From Octopus vulgaris (lineage: Eukaryota): a DNA stretch of 64,000 bases. A program made the position numbers and the translations under genes. The stretch is taken from NCBI GenBank assembly GCA_951406725.2, contig OX597835.1, positions 15,562,001 through 15,626,000 on the forward strand, written 5' to 3'. This document shows positions 26,491 to 38,484 of this stretch, in pieces (position 1 is the first letter of the stretch; the number at the start of each line of letters is the position of its first letter). The notes beneath the pieces are model-generated. The model searched no databases. It was given only the letters and a program-made list of their open reading frames with translations, and was not told the origin of the DNA.

Positions 26491-26578
26491 AATTTTATTT
26501 TCAAGCCTTATTTTCTCTAATTTTAGTCGTTGCTAAATACCCTTAATTGCACATAACTTATTGTTTGCCTTATAGTAG

Positions 26579-26766
26579 AAGATGATGAACCACTGTTAGG
26601 CTTATGGTTTGAAGAAACACTCTCACCTACAGAAACAACTGATCGAGCACCTTCACCACCACCTGCTCCTACACAAGATGGAACCAACAATGGAAAACGT
26701 TCTCGACAAGTTAGTGATGATGACAGCAGACCAAATTTTATTCCTGACCGAAAAGAGCCAGATGGG
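26579..26766 (+). CDS. UBR4: UBR4 exon 11: EDDEPLLGLWFEETLSP...PSPPPAP...RKEPDG (start 26576 or 26579, tandem acceptor)
   Basis: tatagtag|...|gtgact; EPxLGxWFEETxSP conserved. Confidence 0.9.
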
Positions 26767-26877
26767 GTGACTAACCATTTTGTCTTTTTTTAATTTGAAA
26801 TTGTAAGTTTTGTATTGTTCGGTTTTTATATAAGAAATGTTGAATTATGGAAACATGATGATGATGATCATCTAATG

Positions 26878-27060
26878 CAGTGCTTTTCAAACGTTTTGCT
26901 GGAGCGGAACCCCAAGGAAACATTCCACTTGCTCGAGGAACCCCTGTGCAATAATTTAAGTTTTATGCACACATATCTGCACAGGAAAATTAAAAATTAC
27001 TGCTGATTTTAGCAGTTTGTAATTTCTTGCGGAACCCCTGGACTGTACTGGCGGAACCCT
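26878..27060. mobile_element. hAT-like MITE fragment
   Basis: Begins CAGTGCTTTTCAAAC with repeated GGAACCCC subterminal motifs; the right end is not seen. Confidence 0.5.
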
Positions 27061-27778
27061 AATGTCTGTTGTCCATGCTGGCATGGGTTGGACAGTTTCA
27101 CCAGGGCTGGCAAGCTCAGGGGCTGCACCAGTCTCCAGTCTGATTTGGCATAGTTTCTATGGCTAGATGCCAACCACCCCGAAAGTGTAATGGGTGCTTT
27201 TATGTGCCATGAGCACGGGTGTCAGTTGCACGGCACCGGTATCTGCCATAACCACGATTTCACTTGGCTTGATGGGTCTTCTTCTCAGGTACAGCATATT
27301 GCCAAAGGTCTTGGTCATTTATCAAACCCCTGTTGACTGAAGAATTGTTGCAAGACATTAAAAAGTTGCTGTTGATGTGAATCATCTCTCCCCTTTCTAG
27401 CATCATCATCATCATCATTTAGCGTCAACTGAACTACAAGGTGCGGATGCCATTCAACAACCACTCATCCAAACCAAAGAAAAACATTGCATGGATTATG
27501 ATATCATCATCATCGTTTAGCATCCGTTTTCCATGCTAGCATGGGTTGGACGGTTCAACTGGGGTCTGTGAAGCCGGAAGGCTGCATCAGGCCCAGTCAG
27601 ATCTGGCAGTGTTTCTACGGCTGGATGCCCTTCCTAACGCCAACCACTCCGTGAGTGTAGTGGGTGCTTTTTACGTGCCACCCGCACAGCATGATTAAAT
27701 AAGTAATTTGGTAAAATAATTATAAATCCTTGATGAATTTTTCTTTTCATTTCGTATTTTATTTCCTTATTTTTATAG

Positions 27779-27864
27779 TTTGTCCACTTAGCTGCAGATA
27801 TATTAAACTTCATGAACCACTATTTTATCAATTCAGTCAATCCAGCTATACAGAAGCTTCTAAG
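27779..27864 (+). CDS. UBR4: UBR4 exon 12: FVHLAADILNFMNHYFINSVNPAIQKLL
   Basis: ttttatag|...|gtaaag; aligns to human FLGLASNILNF; phase 0 to 2. Confidence 0.9.
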
Positions 27865-28857
27865 GTAAAGTATCAGATTTCACTGCTTCTAAATGTTCTG
27901 TCTTTTGTTTCTCTTTTTTGTTATCTAGCATGTTTTTTTTTTATGGTTATTAAAAAATCATTTTTGTCTGTGGGGTTATTATAGCAAAAGACACATGCCC
28001 TAAATGCCACACCATACAACTGAGCCTGAAATTATGGTTTGAAAGCAAACATGTTAACTACACAGCTGAGTGCGCATGCATGCGTATGTGTTTGTGTATA
28101 AATAGCATTGATATGTTGTTTCTTGTGTGAGTAAATTGGTGAAATGATGGCTTATAATATTGGCTTCAAATATTCGGCATAAGGAGTACAATTTCAAGGA
28201 TGGAACTAAGTCAATTACATCGACCCCCAGTACTCAACTGGTACTTATTTTATCGACCCCCGAAAGGATGAAAGGCAAAGTTGACCATAGCAGTATTTGA
28301 CCTCAGAGCATGAAGACGGATGAAATGCAGCTAATGATTGCTTATAACATTAAGCAGTGTTCTCTTAAGTTGTTTGTGAGTGGTGCAATGGCACAGATTG
28401 TGGGTCAGTGTAACTTTTCTATTGGAGCCAGTATTATAGTTTGTGTATGTTTATAGTTAGTCAATACTCATGTCAGATGTGGTTAGAATGTTATGATTTC
28501 ATCACTGAATAATATTGTGTATATATATATAAAATAATAAATGCGCCCTTTTAAAGCCTATCCAGGCTTAGGGCCTGGTTTCTATGGCGTATGTGTTCCC
28601 CAGCTGGAGGGGACGCCAGTCCATTGCATCGTTACTCATTTTTGCCAGCTGAGTGGACTGGAGCAACGTGAAATGAAGTGTTTTGCTCAAGAACACAATG
28701 CGTCGTCAGGTCCAGGAATCGAAACCACAATCTTACAATCATGGTGCTGACACCCTAACCACTAAGCCACATGCCTCCACACACAGACACACACACACAC
28801 ATAAAATCACACACCTGATTTAGGATATTCTTTATTAACAAAATTTACTACTTTCAG

Positions 28858-28940
28858 GGAGGCTTTGAATGAAGAACACATGTCTAATCTTGCATTGGTT
28901 ATCAAAGAACTGGATAAAGAATGCTGCCGATCTGGTTCAG
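28858..28940 (+). CDS. UBR4: UBR4 exon 13: REALNEEHMSNLALVIKELDKECCRSGS
   Basis: ctttcag|...|gttagt; HMxxLAxxIKExDK conserved. Confidence 0.92.
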
Positions 28941-29390
28941 GTTAGTCTTTAAACTTTACTCATGGAAATATCAGAAACTTAAACCTTGATTTTTGGTTAT
29001 GACTAATGATGTATACATAATGATTGTTACTCATTACTATGATATTCTTTCAAATTGGTTTTGATTGTTGCATTCGCAGTAATATTTTGCGATTTTTCTT
29101 CTTAAATCCTTAAAAATGTTTTAGCCTGAAGGCCGCGGCCATGCTGGGAGAAAATTTTTGATGTAACATTTGTCTGCATCGAATTAAATGCTTACCCAAT
29201 AATATTAAGACAAAATTAAATACTATGGAGTATTTACTGATTGGGGTTAATTGTAATTAATTCATTATCATCATTTTTACATCTGCATTTTCAATGCTGG
29301 CATGGGTTAGACATGACTTGCCGAGGCTATTTTCTATGGTTGAATATCTACCCTGTTTGCCAACCTCTATTTATAATAATTAAGGTTTCT

Positions 29391-29626
29391 TATTTCTTTA
29401 TTGCCCACAAAGGGCTAAACATAGAGGGGACAAATAAGGACAGACAAACGGATTAAGTCGATTATATCGACCCCAGTGCGTAACTGGTACTTAATTTATC
29501 GACCCTGAAAGGTTGAAAGGCAAAGTCAACCTCGGCGGAATTTGAACTCAGAACTTTAAGACAGACGAAATACGGCTACGCATTTCGCCCGGCATGCTAA
29601 TGTTTCTGCCAGCTCGCCGCCTTCAA
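29391..29626 (-). mobile_element. SINE family D with 18-bp TSD
   Basis: TSD ATAATAATTAAGGTTTCT at 29373-29390 and 29627-29644; reverse complement of the 10994 copy. Confidence 0.9.
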
Positions 29627-30140
29627 ATAATAATTAAGGTTTCTATCAAGAAGACACTTGCACCTTGGGCAAGTATCTCCTGCCATAGACTCAAGCTGCT
29701 CAAAGCCTTGTGAGTGGATTTGGGAAATGAAAGCTAAAAAAGAAGCCTGTTGTGAGTATGTATCCATCCCTGTACTTGTCATGATATTTTGTGATGGTTC
29801 TAAATGAGTTGCCATCATACAAGTGATAGGTTTATTTCCAGTCTTCCGCGAAAAACGTGTCTGGCCATGGGGGAAATATTATCTTGCTTGGAAACAGGAA
29901 TAGGAAGTGAGGGTTGGCAGGGCATCTGGTCATAGAAAATCCGCTTCAATAAATTCTATTTGACCCATGCAAACATGGACATTAAAATGATGGTGATGGG
30001 TTAAGTTTGGAGATTTTCTTGGGAGATGTGTGTTCCTAGGAAAATATCAGTTATAAAGATATTTCTGAAATTTTTCCAATCTCATTTTTTTTTTTATTTT
30101 GAAAGTATCTTCAGTAATTTATTTTCATTTTTAATTACAG

Positions 30141-30226
30141 ATCGCACCTATGAAGAGCTTTCAGTTGCTTTGGCAAAGTTTAACCACAGTTTAGTGGCAA
30201 CTGGCTCGCTATCAGAGAATTTGCAG
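30141..30226 (+). CDS. UBR4: UBR4 exon 14: DRTYEELSVALAKFNHSLVATGSLSENLQ
   Basis: ttacag|...|gtaata; FNHSLV...NLQ conserved. Confidence 0.93.
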
Positions 30227-31053
30227 GTAATAATGACATTTGTTTTAAATTTTCAACGAGAATATTTTCTACTTTTTGTATTTGAATTTGTTGTTTTAAC
30301 AGCTCTCTCCCTCTCTCTCTCACCCCTACTACCTACTAACTTCTTATATATGTTTTTCTATGCTGGCAAGGGTGGAATAAGTCTTTCATATTCTGGCAGT
30401 CACAGCACCAGTCCCTTTGGATTGTATGTAATTTGATGGCAAAGGGATGGAGCAAGGGGAAGAGAAACTGAAACTTGCCGCCAGAGAAAAGTGCACTTAA
30501 AGGAAGGAAAACTCAGTAATGCCATTGTTGAGCATCTTCAGATGCAGTTGCTGCATGCAAGACTACCACTCTTGTGTGGGCCTGTACAGCCACAGCAGAC
30601 ACTGCACTGCCATCAGCAGTTAACACAAAATTCTACTGGTGCAGATCCATGGTCTTTAGAGACTAACAGATGCCCATTAATTTGATAGTTAATATAAAAA
30701 AAAAATTCTCTTAATTCCACCATTGTAAGGAACACATGATTGAGGTTTAAGCTTCTTTGCCATTTCTTAAGTTCTCACACATATGGGTTGTCAAATCATG
30801 TTGTTACCTTGTCTTGTTTATATTCTGATAAAGACCAGATTGTGTTTGCTTTATCAGTATCTGCGAGACAACGAAAAAAATGTTTTAATGAACAAGAAAC
30901 TGGCAGCGCAATATATTGTTCCTAACTAATGGGTTTTTGTTTTGTTCCCTTCATATTACCCTGTTACAAAACACGCTTAATTTTAAAATGAAAATCAAAT
31001 TATTTGTTTTTATAGTTTCTGATACAATTTTTTAAAAAAATTTCATCTTCTAG

Positions 31054-31300
31054 GATTGTCTTCTGATTAGCTTGGGAGTGAATCCTAATACTTCCGAGGC
31101 TTGGCCTCTTACAGTATATCCTCGCACTCTCGCAGTTCTAGCAGAAGTCATTCTTCTGCGCCAACAGAAGGAAAGAGAAACCTCCCCCAAAATCATCAGG
31201 AGTGTTACTGAGGTTCAAGTAATGAATATATGGGCTCAGTTCACTCGAACATTGAAGCAAGCTATTTTAAACTTTGATAACAAAATTGATCAATTTGAAG
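31054..31300 (+). CDS. UBR4: UBR4 exon 15: DCLLISLGVNPNTSEAWPLTVYPRTLAVL...DQFE
   Basis: cttctag|...|gttagt; LGVxP...WPL conserved. Confidence 0.93.
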
Positions 31301-31570
31301 GTTAGTACTGTTTTTCACTCTTGGCTTTTTCCATTTTAAATAGTTTTCCAGAATGTTTCCAAAAACGCTACTTGTTCCCAAATTTATTATGTTTAAATTT
31401 TTCAGTTTGGAGAGAAATGTATTTATCATACACACAGGATTCTCTAAACTGTTATAATTTTATAGAAACCAGTATCCAATGTGATGCCCTTCTATTTTTA
31501 CCCCTTGTGAATAAAATATTTAAAATTTTCAGTTCTGTTTCTTTCATTTACAATAATTTTTATTCAGTTT

Positions 31571-31830
31571 ATCATCATCATCATTGTTTAACGTCCGTTT
31601 TCCATGCTAGCATGGGTTGGACAGTTCGACCAGGGTCTGGGAAGCCAGGAGGCTGCACCAGGCTCCAGTCTGATCTGGCAGTGTTTCTACAGCTGGATGC
31701 CCTTCCTAACGCCAACCACTCCGTGAGTGCAGTGGGTGCTTTTTACATGCTACCAGCACAGGTGCCAGAGGGGGTTAGCAACAGCCATGATTGGTTGGTG
31801 CTTTTTACATGCCACCAGCACAGAAGCCAC
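31571..31830 (-). mobile_element. Family B element
   Basis: (CAT)n followed by the shared family B block. Confidence 0.8.
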
Positions 31831-32105
31831 TCTATTTTTACAAATTTTTAATTAAATTTGCCTTGGAAGCATAATTAAATAATAATTAATTGCTATTATA
31901 TTTGTCTATATAAATACCTTTTACATTCCATCTTAATGTTGGTTGTATCTACAAAAAATGGAAAAATGAAGCAAAAATGCTATATTCTGTCAGTGTAAGC
32001 TTGTATCTTGTTATGTCACAATGTTGTCTTTTTTTCTCTCCATGTTTTTAAGTGGTATTTTATGAAAATATGCACCAAATGTGAATATTTTTCTCTGTTT
32101 TTCAG

Positions 32106-32229
32106 ATGTCAATGTGGAACATTTGCAGGTCCTTTTGTTCCTTTTCCACAGCTTGCCTCTGATGCAGAAGAAGTCTCTACTATTGCAACTGGCTGAACAT
32201 CTTATTGCGATTTCTCAGGTAGATCACAG
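32106..32229 (+). CDS. UBR4: UBR4 exon 16: DVNVEHLQVLLFLFHSLPLMQKKSLLLQLAEHLIAISQVDH
   Basis: tttttcag|...|gtaaat; NVEHLQ conserved; phase 1 to 2. Confidence 0.9.
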
Positions 32230-32964
32230 GTAAATGCTATTTTTTTTAGCCAAGTTTTTATGATTTTTTCATCTAAAGTCTTACTTGATGAATCTCAGTT
32301 TATTTTAAAATGATATTTGTAAATGATTGTATAACTGCTACACATAAAGTAGTTTCAATTAAGCTTTTCTTTCAATCCTCATATATTGTAGTTTCTGTGA
32401 GTAAATTCCTTCATGGAAGAACTAAATGATCTGTTTTGGATTTTGGCTCTGTTTGGGATATTCTTCCAGACTGTAACTGCATATTTCTTTGTGGACAGAA
32501 GTTGTACATAGTCTCTAAGGAAGATACCAAGTAGCCAGTATTTAAGTCAGATCATTCAGAAAATTTTCGGACTGCAGAAGAATACAAAAAAGACACGTTT
32601 ACCTTTGCCAGTGTTAAATCTTGTATTGTTTCAATGCAGGGAATCTTCTGTGAATGCACCTACAGCTGCATTGGTACAAGAAGACATTCAATTACATCTT
32701 TGCAAATGCACTCGGGTTTCTATAAAATATTATATTGGGTTGGTTAATCTCTGACTGTTTGTGAGTATTGAGACTATAGCAGGATGTTATCTGCATGGTT
32801 TAAAAGGTATACATGTGTGTGTGTATCTCTCTCTCTGTGTAATGTTGTATATATGTGGGGTTGGGGTGAATATATATATCTCATAAAATGCATATATAGT
32901 ATATGTGTGTGTGTGTATATATATATATAAACATATATTCTATTCTCATATATTTTCCTTGCAG

Positions 32965-33067
32965 TAAACTGGTTGGCTCTGTACCACTTCCTCTGTCTCG
33001 TCTGATGCTAGTTTTTGATTACTTTGTGCACTATTTTTATGATCCACCTGCTGTTCTCATTGATCAA
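32965..33067 (+). CDS. UBR4: UBR4 exon 17: SKLVGSVPLPLSRLMLVFDYFVHYFYDPPAVLIDQ
   Basis: ccttgcag|...|gtaaga; VPL..RL..FDY conserved. Confidence 0.93.
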
Positions 33068-33639
33068 GTAAGAAACCTCTTTTTTTACTTATATCATAGT
33101 TTTCTGTAATAATAAACACTAGTAAATCTGCATTGTTTTGTTTCTATTTTAATTTCAAAGGTGATGTTTTGTGCAGCATTTTAGTTGTCACAAGACCTCT
33201 CTTGAGCAGAGCCTAAGGTATTAAACCACCTGTACAATTGTAGAAAATTTGTCTTGATATAGAAATTTGCTTTATTTACTGAATTGCAATGAGACATTAT
33301 TTTAGAAGTTGTTCATTTAGTGAGGTTAACTTATGCCTTACATTATAAATCTTAACAATATTAAGTTTAATTTCTTAATATTAGCGTTGACAAGGAATAG
33401 AGACTCTTGGCTGTTTGCTGAACTTGAGAAGGCATGTCAAGCTAAGTAAAAGCATGGTTGCCTGTGCATATAGGCATGTCCCCTGCATCCCTCCAGCTGA
33501 GCATTCCTAAAAAAGCACCCAAATGTACCTGTCTTGATGCTGTGTAAAAGCACCCATCATCATCATTGTTCGACTTAGGTCGAGACGATGGGATTTATCA
33601 TGCTACGTCAGACTTCATGGTCCATCATAGCATTGAAGT

Positions 33640-33772
33640 TCCAGACACCCAGCTGAATACTTGACAGGCACTGACTTTGCTGACGACATCGCTCTTATCA
33701 GTGATTCTCTCTCCAATGCCCCAGTCTTTTTTACAATCTCTCAAACAAGCCTCAAATTGTGTAGGTCTAAGA
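33640..33772 (+). mobile_element. Short internal LINE RT fragment (FADD motif)
   Basis: RHPAEYLTGTDFADDIALISDSLSNA, then a frameshift, then QSFLQSLKQASNCVGL. Confidence 0.7.
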
Positions 33773-34450
33773 AGAGAAAATAGAGAAGGAAGGAGAAGAG
33801 AGTAGATGAATAGGAAGGAGCAAGAAGAGGAGGAAAGGAGAAAAGAGGAGAGAGAAGAAATAGAAAGCACCCAATACACTCTGTAAAGTGGTTGGTGTTA
33901 GGAAGGAGATGGAGCCTGGATAACACTTCAGCTGGCCAGCTCCCATCAAACTGTCCAACCCATACCAGCATGGAAAACAGACGTTAAGTGATGTAATTCA
34001 ATAACATTTGTAGTTGCTATGAGAAATCCATTTTGTTTACATATTCTTTTCTTGAAATACATTGTTTCAGTTAATTTTGAAAATAGGGGACAATTCAATG
34101 AAAAAACTTTGTCAACTTTGGAACATAAATCAAAATGAAATTTTAATGAAAGGTGTCAATTTAGATCACTTTGATGTAGGAAATTTGTATCCTAGAGCCA
34201 AGAGTGGTCTCAGACAAGTTGGGATCAAAAGGATTAAATTCAGATTTTCAATACATCTGTTTCATTTAAACACAAAAATGAAAGGGTTTAATGATCTTCA
34301 AATATAAACAGCGTATTTTTTCTTTCTTAACTGTGTAACTGCATGTTTGTATTCTTTAAGGTTTAACTCATTAGTCTTTGAGTTTTTCTCTATGTCGAGC
34401 ATTTATAATAATGTAAAATTCATTATTATCATCTATTTTCCAAATGTTAG

Positions 34451-34595
34451 GTACAGTGGAACCTTTTCACAGTACATACACTTGGGCAAGCAGGGGAGCG
34501 AGATGCCAGTTTACCAAGAGCAAGCCAATTCTTTCCATGCAGAGATGTTGAAGGAAATTTTCGAAAAAATCTGAGCCCCCAAGAAGCCACAGAAA
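34451..34595 (+). CDS. UBR4: UBR4 exon 18: VQWNLFTVHT...CRDVEGNFRKNLSPQEATE
   Basis: gttag|...|gtaggt; VQxNL conserved; phase 0 to 1. Confidence 0.88.
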
Positions 34596-35739
34596 GTAGG
34601 TTGTTTTGAGACAGTTTTTTTTTTTTTTTTTTTTTAATGTTGTATACATTATTTCACATAGAAATAAATGATATAAACACATATATACAATTACACATGC
34701 ACATACGCATTTTTTCTCTCAAGCTTTACACCTCTTTATTCCTCATCAGCCAGCTTAAAGTTGTCCCCAACTCATCTCTTGTTTTGGGGTTTGTAGTTTT
34801 GCAAGCTGCATGTTGACCTTACTAGTGCTGGTGGCATGAAAAAAGTAGCCACCACAATTTGTAAAGTGGTTGGCATTAGGAAGGACATCCAGCCATAGAA
34901 ACCATTCCAAAACAGACATTGGAGCATGATGCAGTCTTTTGGGCTCTTTGAACCCTGTCAAACTGTTCAACCCATGCCAACATGGATGTTAAATGATGAT
35001 GAGATAACACAAATTTATATTTACATATCATAATCCATGCAATGTTTTTCTTTGGCTTGGATGAGTGGTTGTTGAATGGCATCTGCACCTTGTAGTTCAG
35101 TTGTAGTGTATGTGTTTGTAATTTGTTTTATTAACAAAATGACATTGCTACTCAGTACATATCTTTGAGTATGTGTATACTTGTATGCTTGGTTATGTGG
35201 TCCTTCAAAAACTGGCTTTCTGCCGATTATGATGATAAGTGTTTCAGTCGATCCGATCAATGGAACAGTCTGCTCATGAAATTAACGAGCAAGTGGCTGA
35301 GCACTCCACACACACATACAAACACATACACTTAACGTAGTTGTCAGGGAGATTCAGCATGACACAGTGTGACAAGGCTGGCTCTTTGATATACAGTTTC
35401 AACTCATTTTTACCAGAAGAGTGGACTGGAGCAATGTGAAATAAAGTGTCTTGTTTAAGGACACAATACATCACCGGGAATTGAACTCATGACGTCATGA
35501 ACATAAGCTGAATACCCCTGAACACTTAGTCACATGCCTTCAGATCAGTTTTAAAGGGCTCGCCTAGAAGAGATCAGTATGCACAACTTAGAAGTACCTG
35601 GCTGTTTTATTATTAATAATATTATCTTATAGGATTTTAGCTCTTACTTTTTGTCTCTTGTCTTTTAAAATTTGTTTTGTACACAAACAATAAATCAATG
35701 TGGAGTTAATTTTTTTTAAAATCTTGCTTTTTCTTCTAG

Positions 35740-35819
35740 TTGGTGCTTTCTACCCTCGTTTTTACAACTTGGGTCCCACAGAACTGCACATGCAAGATAC
35801 ACCAAAGGTAGATGGTCTG
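35740..35819 (+). CDS. UBR4: UBR4 exon 19: IGAFYPRFYNLGPTELHMQDTPKVDGL
   Basis: cttctag|...|gtaagt; PRFY conserved. Confidence 0.9.
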
Positions 35820-35890
35820 GTAAGTACTTATTTTTTCCTCACTCTGATTAATCCTTTGATAATTTAGTCTTTAATATTACACATTGCTGC

Positions 35891-35936
<46 letters not shown>

Positions 35937-36058
35937 AAAGCGTGTAGTGTAAACATTTCTCATCAACATTTTTCTAAATCCTATTACATTTCACATGGAA
36001 TTTTTGATCTTTTGGTCTCAATGTTCGACTTGTATGCTTGGAAATACAGAACCTTTAA

Positions 36059-36280
36059 CCCTTTAGTGTTCGCATTATTCTGCCAAAATTAATCCGTTTT
36101 TATCCACATTGTTTTAAACTAATCATGCATTATCTTGTAGCTATGAGATTTTGATGAGGTAACTGTGAATGTTTTAGAATGACATTGTAGGGTTGGTGTG
36201 AGAGACCAGATCTAGCCAGTTTGAACATAAAACAGGCAGAATACTTTTGGCCGGATATGGTCGGTTTTAATGCTAAAGGG
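36059..36280. mobile_element. piggyBac-like MITE family C1
   Basis: TTAA at 36055-36058 and 36281-36284; CCCTTTAG...CTAAAGGG; highly similar to the 11643 copy. Older copies lie near 1500, 4910, 22066, 48466 and 59626. Confidence 0.88.
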
Positions 36281-36365
36281 TTAAATTATTTTACTTTATG
36301 CATTTGTGCATAAAGTAAGATGTTCAAGTTTCTGTGGAAGCTTTAATCAATAGTTTTTTATGGCT

Positions 36366-36640
36366 ATAGTAAAAAAACTTTGTTACAAAAATTTTATTTA
36401 TGTACTCATGAAAAATTTATTGAAATTTTTTGCAATAATTTCTGACATTTCTATGATGATAGTAAAAAACTTTCTTACAAAAATTTTGTTTATGCATTCA
36501 TATAAAGTTTATTGAAATTTTTTGTGAAAATTTCTGATATTTTAACTGTTATAGTTAAAAACTTTGACAAATTTTATTTGTGCATGCATGTAAAATTCAT
36601 TAAAATTTATATAAAAATTTCTTATGCTTTTACTCTTCAG
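36366..36640 (+). repeat. Degenerate tandem repeat, about 92-bp unit x3
   Basis: Units begin atagtaaaaaaacttt, atagtaaaaaacttt and atagttaaaaacttt at about 36366, 36459 and 36551. Confidence 0.7.
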
Positions 36641-36763
36641 GCCTGTAGTTTCCTTTTGTCCAGTACAGAAACTGTCAGTTACAACAAATTATATGAAGCA
36701 TGTATTGTTTTATTAATGGCTGGATCCAAATGTGATAAAGTGTTGGAAAAATTGAACTTGCTG
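36641..36763 (+). CDS. UBR4: UBR4 exon 20: ACSFLLSSTETVSYNKLYEACIVLLMAGSKCDKVLEKLNLL
   Basis: ctcttcag|...|gtaaga; LLxAGSxxD conserved. Confidence 0.92.
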
Positions 36764-37028
36764 GTAAGAACTGATTTATTCAACTTTTTGAGTAAATAGC
36801 TGGTAATTCAGAGATAACATCACACGCAGTCCATCTAACCATTCTCAACTTCTTATCGTGTCTTCCTTTTTTGCAATTTCCTTCCACTTGGATTGCTTGA
36901 TGCTTCTTTACTCAATTGACATTCTCCCCATGCATCACATGTCTGTACCTGTGCAGTCTTTTCTCTTCACACTACACTTGACTCCTCACTCATTCTCATT
37001 CCTGCTCCATAATTCATAAACATACATT

Positions 37029-37415
37029 GTGGTGGAAGCACTCCGTCAGTTACGACGATGAGGGTTCCGGTTGATCCGACCAACGGAACAGCCTGCTCGT
37101 GAAATTAACGTGTAAGTGGCTGAGCACTCCACACACACGTGTACCCTTAACGTAGTTCTCGGGGATATTCAGCGTGACACAGAGAGTGACAAGGCCGGCC
37201 CTTTGAAATACAGGTACAACAGAGACAGGAAGAAAGAGTGAGAGAAAGTTGTGGTGAAAGAGTACAGCAGGGATCACCACCATGCCCTGCCGGAGCCTCG
37301 TGGAGCTTTAGGTGTTTTCGCTCAATAAACACTCACAGCGCCCGGTCTGGGAATCGAAACCGCGATCCTACGACCGCGAGTCCGCTGCCCTAACCACTGG
37401 GCCATTGCGCCTCCG
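37029..37415 (-). mobile_element. Young tRNA-derived SINE family E with 12-bp TSD, nested in an RTE remnant (about 36810-37635, minus strand)
   Basis: TSD TAAACATACATT at 37017-37028 and 37416-37427. Confidence 0.9.
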
Positions 37416-37639
37416 TAAACATACATTACACATGCATCAGAGCATGTCAATCTCATACGCAGCCATCATAGCATTTTCACCTCAAATACATTCAGCAGAG
37501 CGTGTCCTCTTCATGCATATCCAGCAGAGCATATTCACTCCATTTCTGTGCAGCTTTTCCACATCCTCTATATTCAATGCTTACATTTCTCTACCATGTA
37601 ATACCACACTTTGTACCCAAGTATTAATGCAATCTAGCC

Positions 37640-38025
37640 TCGGCTGGCCCCCGTGCCGGTGACACGTAAAAGCACCGTCCGTTCGTAGCCGTTTGCCAGC
37701 TCTGTCTGGCCCTGTGTCGGTGGCACGTAAAAGCACCATCCGTTCGTGTCCGTTGCCAGCATCGCCTGGCCCCGTGCCGGTGACACGTAAAAGCACCATC
37801 CATTCATGGCCGTTGTGCCAGCTCTGTCTGGCACCTGTGCAGGTGGCACGTAAAAAACACCCACTACACTCGCGGAGTGGTTGGTGTTAGGAAGGGCATC
37901 CAGCTGTAGAAACACTGCCAAATCTGACTGGGCCTGATGAAGCCTTCCGGCTTCACAAAACCCAGTTAAACCGTCCAACCCATGCTAGCATGGAAAACGG
38001 ACGCTAAATGATGATGATGATGATG
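37640..38025 (+). mobile_element. Family B element with internal tandem units of about 62 bp
   Basis: Four cacgtaaaa(g/a)cacc units precede the family B block and (GAT)n tail. Confidence 0.82.
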
Positions 38026-38210
38026 TAGAATCCCTTTGTTGCCAATATATATAAAGCTCCCTGAACATTTTTTTCATCCTTTGCTTTGATCAATGTTGAC
38101 ATAGTAAAACCTACCAAGTTAATTATTAATAAAGATGTGAATGAATAATGGAAACAGTGTTATTGATTTGTTAATTCGATTTGCATTTTCTTCTTCTTCT
38201 TCTTCTTCAG

Positions 38211-38393
38211 GAGGCTTCTGTTATGAATTATCACTTTATAATTTGCTGGCGTCTTCTGGCCTGTCTACCTCCATCTTTGGAATACCTACAGATGCTTGAA
38301 TCTGGAGAATTAGGAATGGGTCCTGGGCATATTCTTCACACACTCAGATGGGCTCCCAGACTTGGACACAAAACATTTTCAGGGTGGATTAAG
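38211..38393 (+). CDS. UBR4: UBR4 exon 21: EASVMNYHFIICWRLLACLPPS...ILHTLRWAPRL...WIK
   Basis: (ttc)n-ag acceptor, gtagtt donor; LPPS, ILHTLRW and WIK conserved. Confidence 0.95.
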
Positions 38394-38484
38394 GTAGTTA
38401 ATTATGCTTTGTTTTTGTTAATTCAAGATAATTTTTCCCCTTCATTTTCTTGGTTTTAAATCGCTTTTATTACTTGTCTTTCAG

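Noticed and set aside
32640-32738. Possible 99-nt phase 2-2 cassette exon (ESSVNAPTAALVQED...) with TGCATG downstream
   Set aside because: Weak pyrimidine tract and weak gttggt donor; not required by alignment; plausible by chance. Only junction reads could rescue it.
37640-37860. Regularly spaced cacgtaaaagcacc repeats that superficially resemble a CRISPR array
   Set aside because: The spacers are homologous to each other, the context is a eukaryotic retroelement tail, and there are no cas genes.
37925-37970. CTGATGA/CTGACGA followed by a stem-loop in family B copies, resembling a hammerhead ribozyme core
   Set aside because: The required GAAA after stem II is absent, and other copies read cctggtgcagcc at this position.
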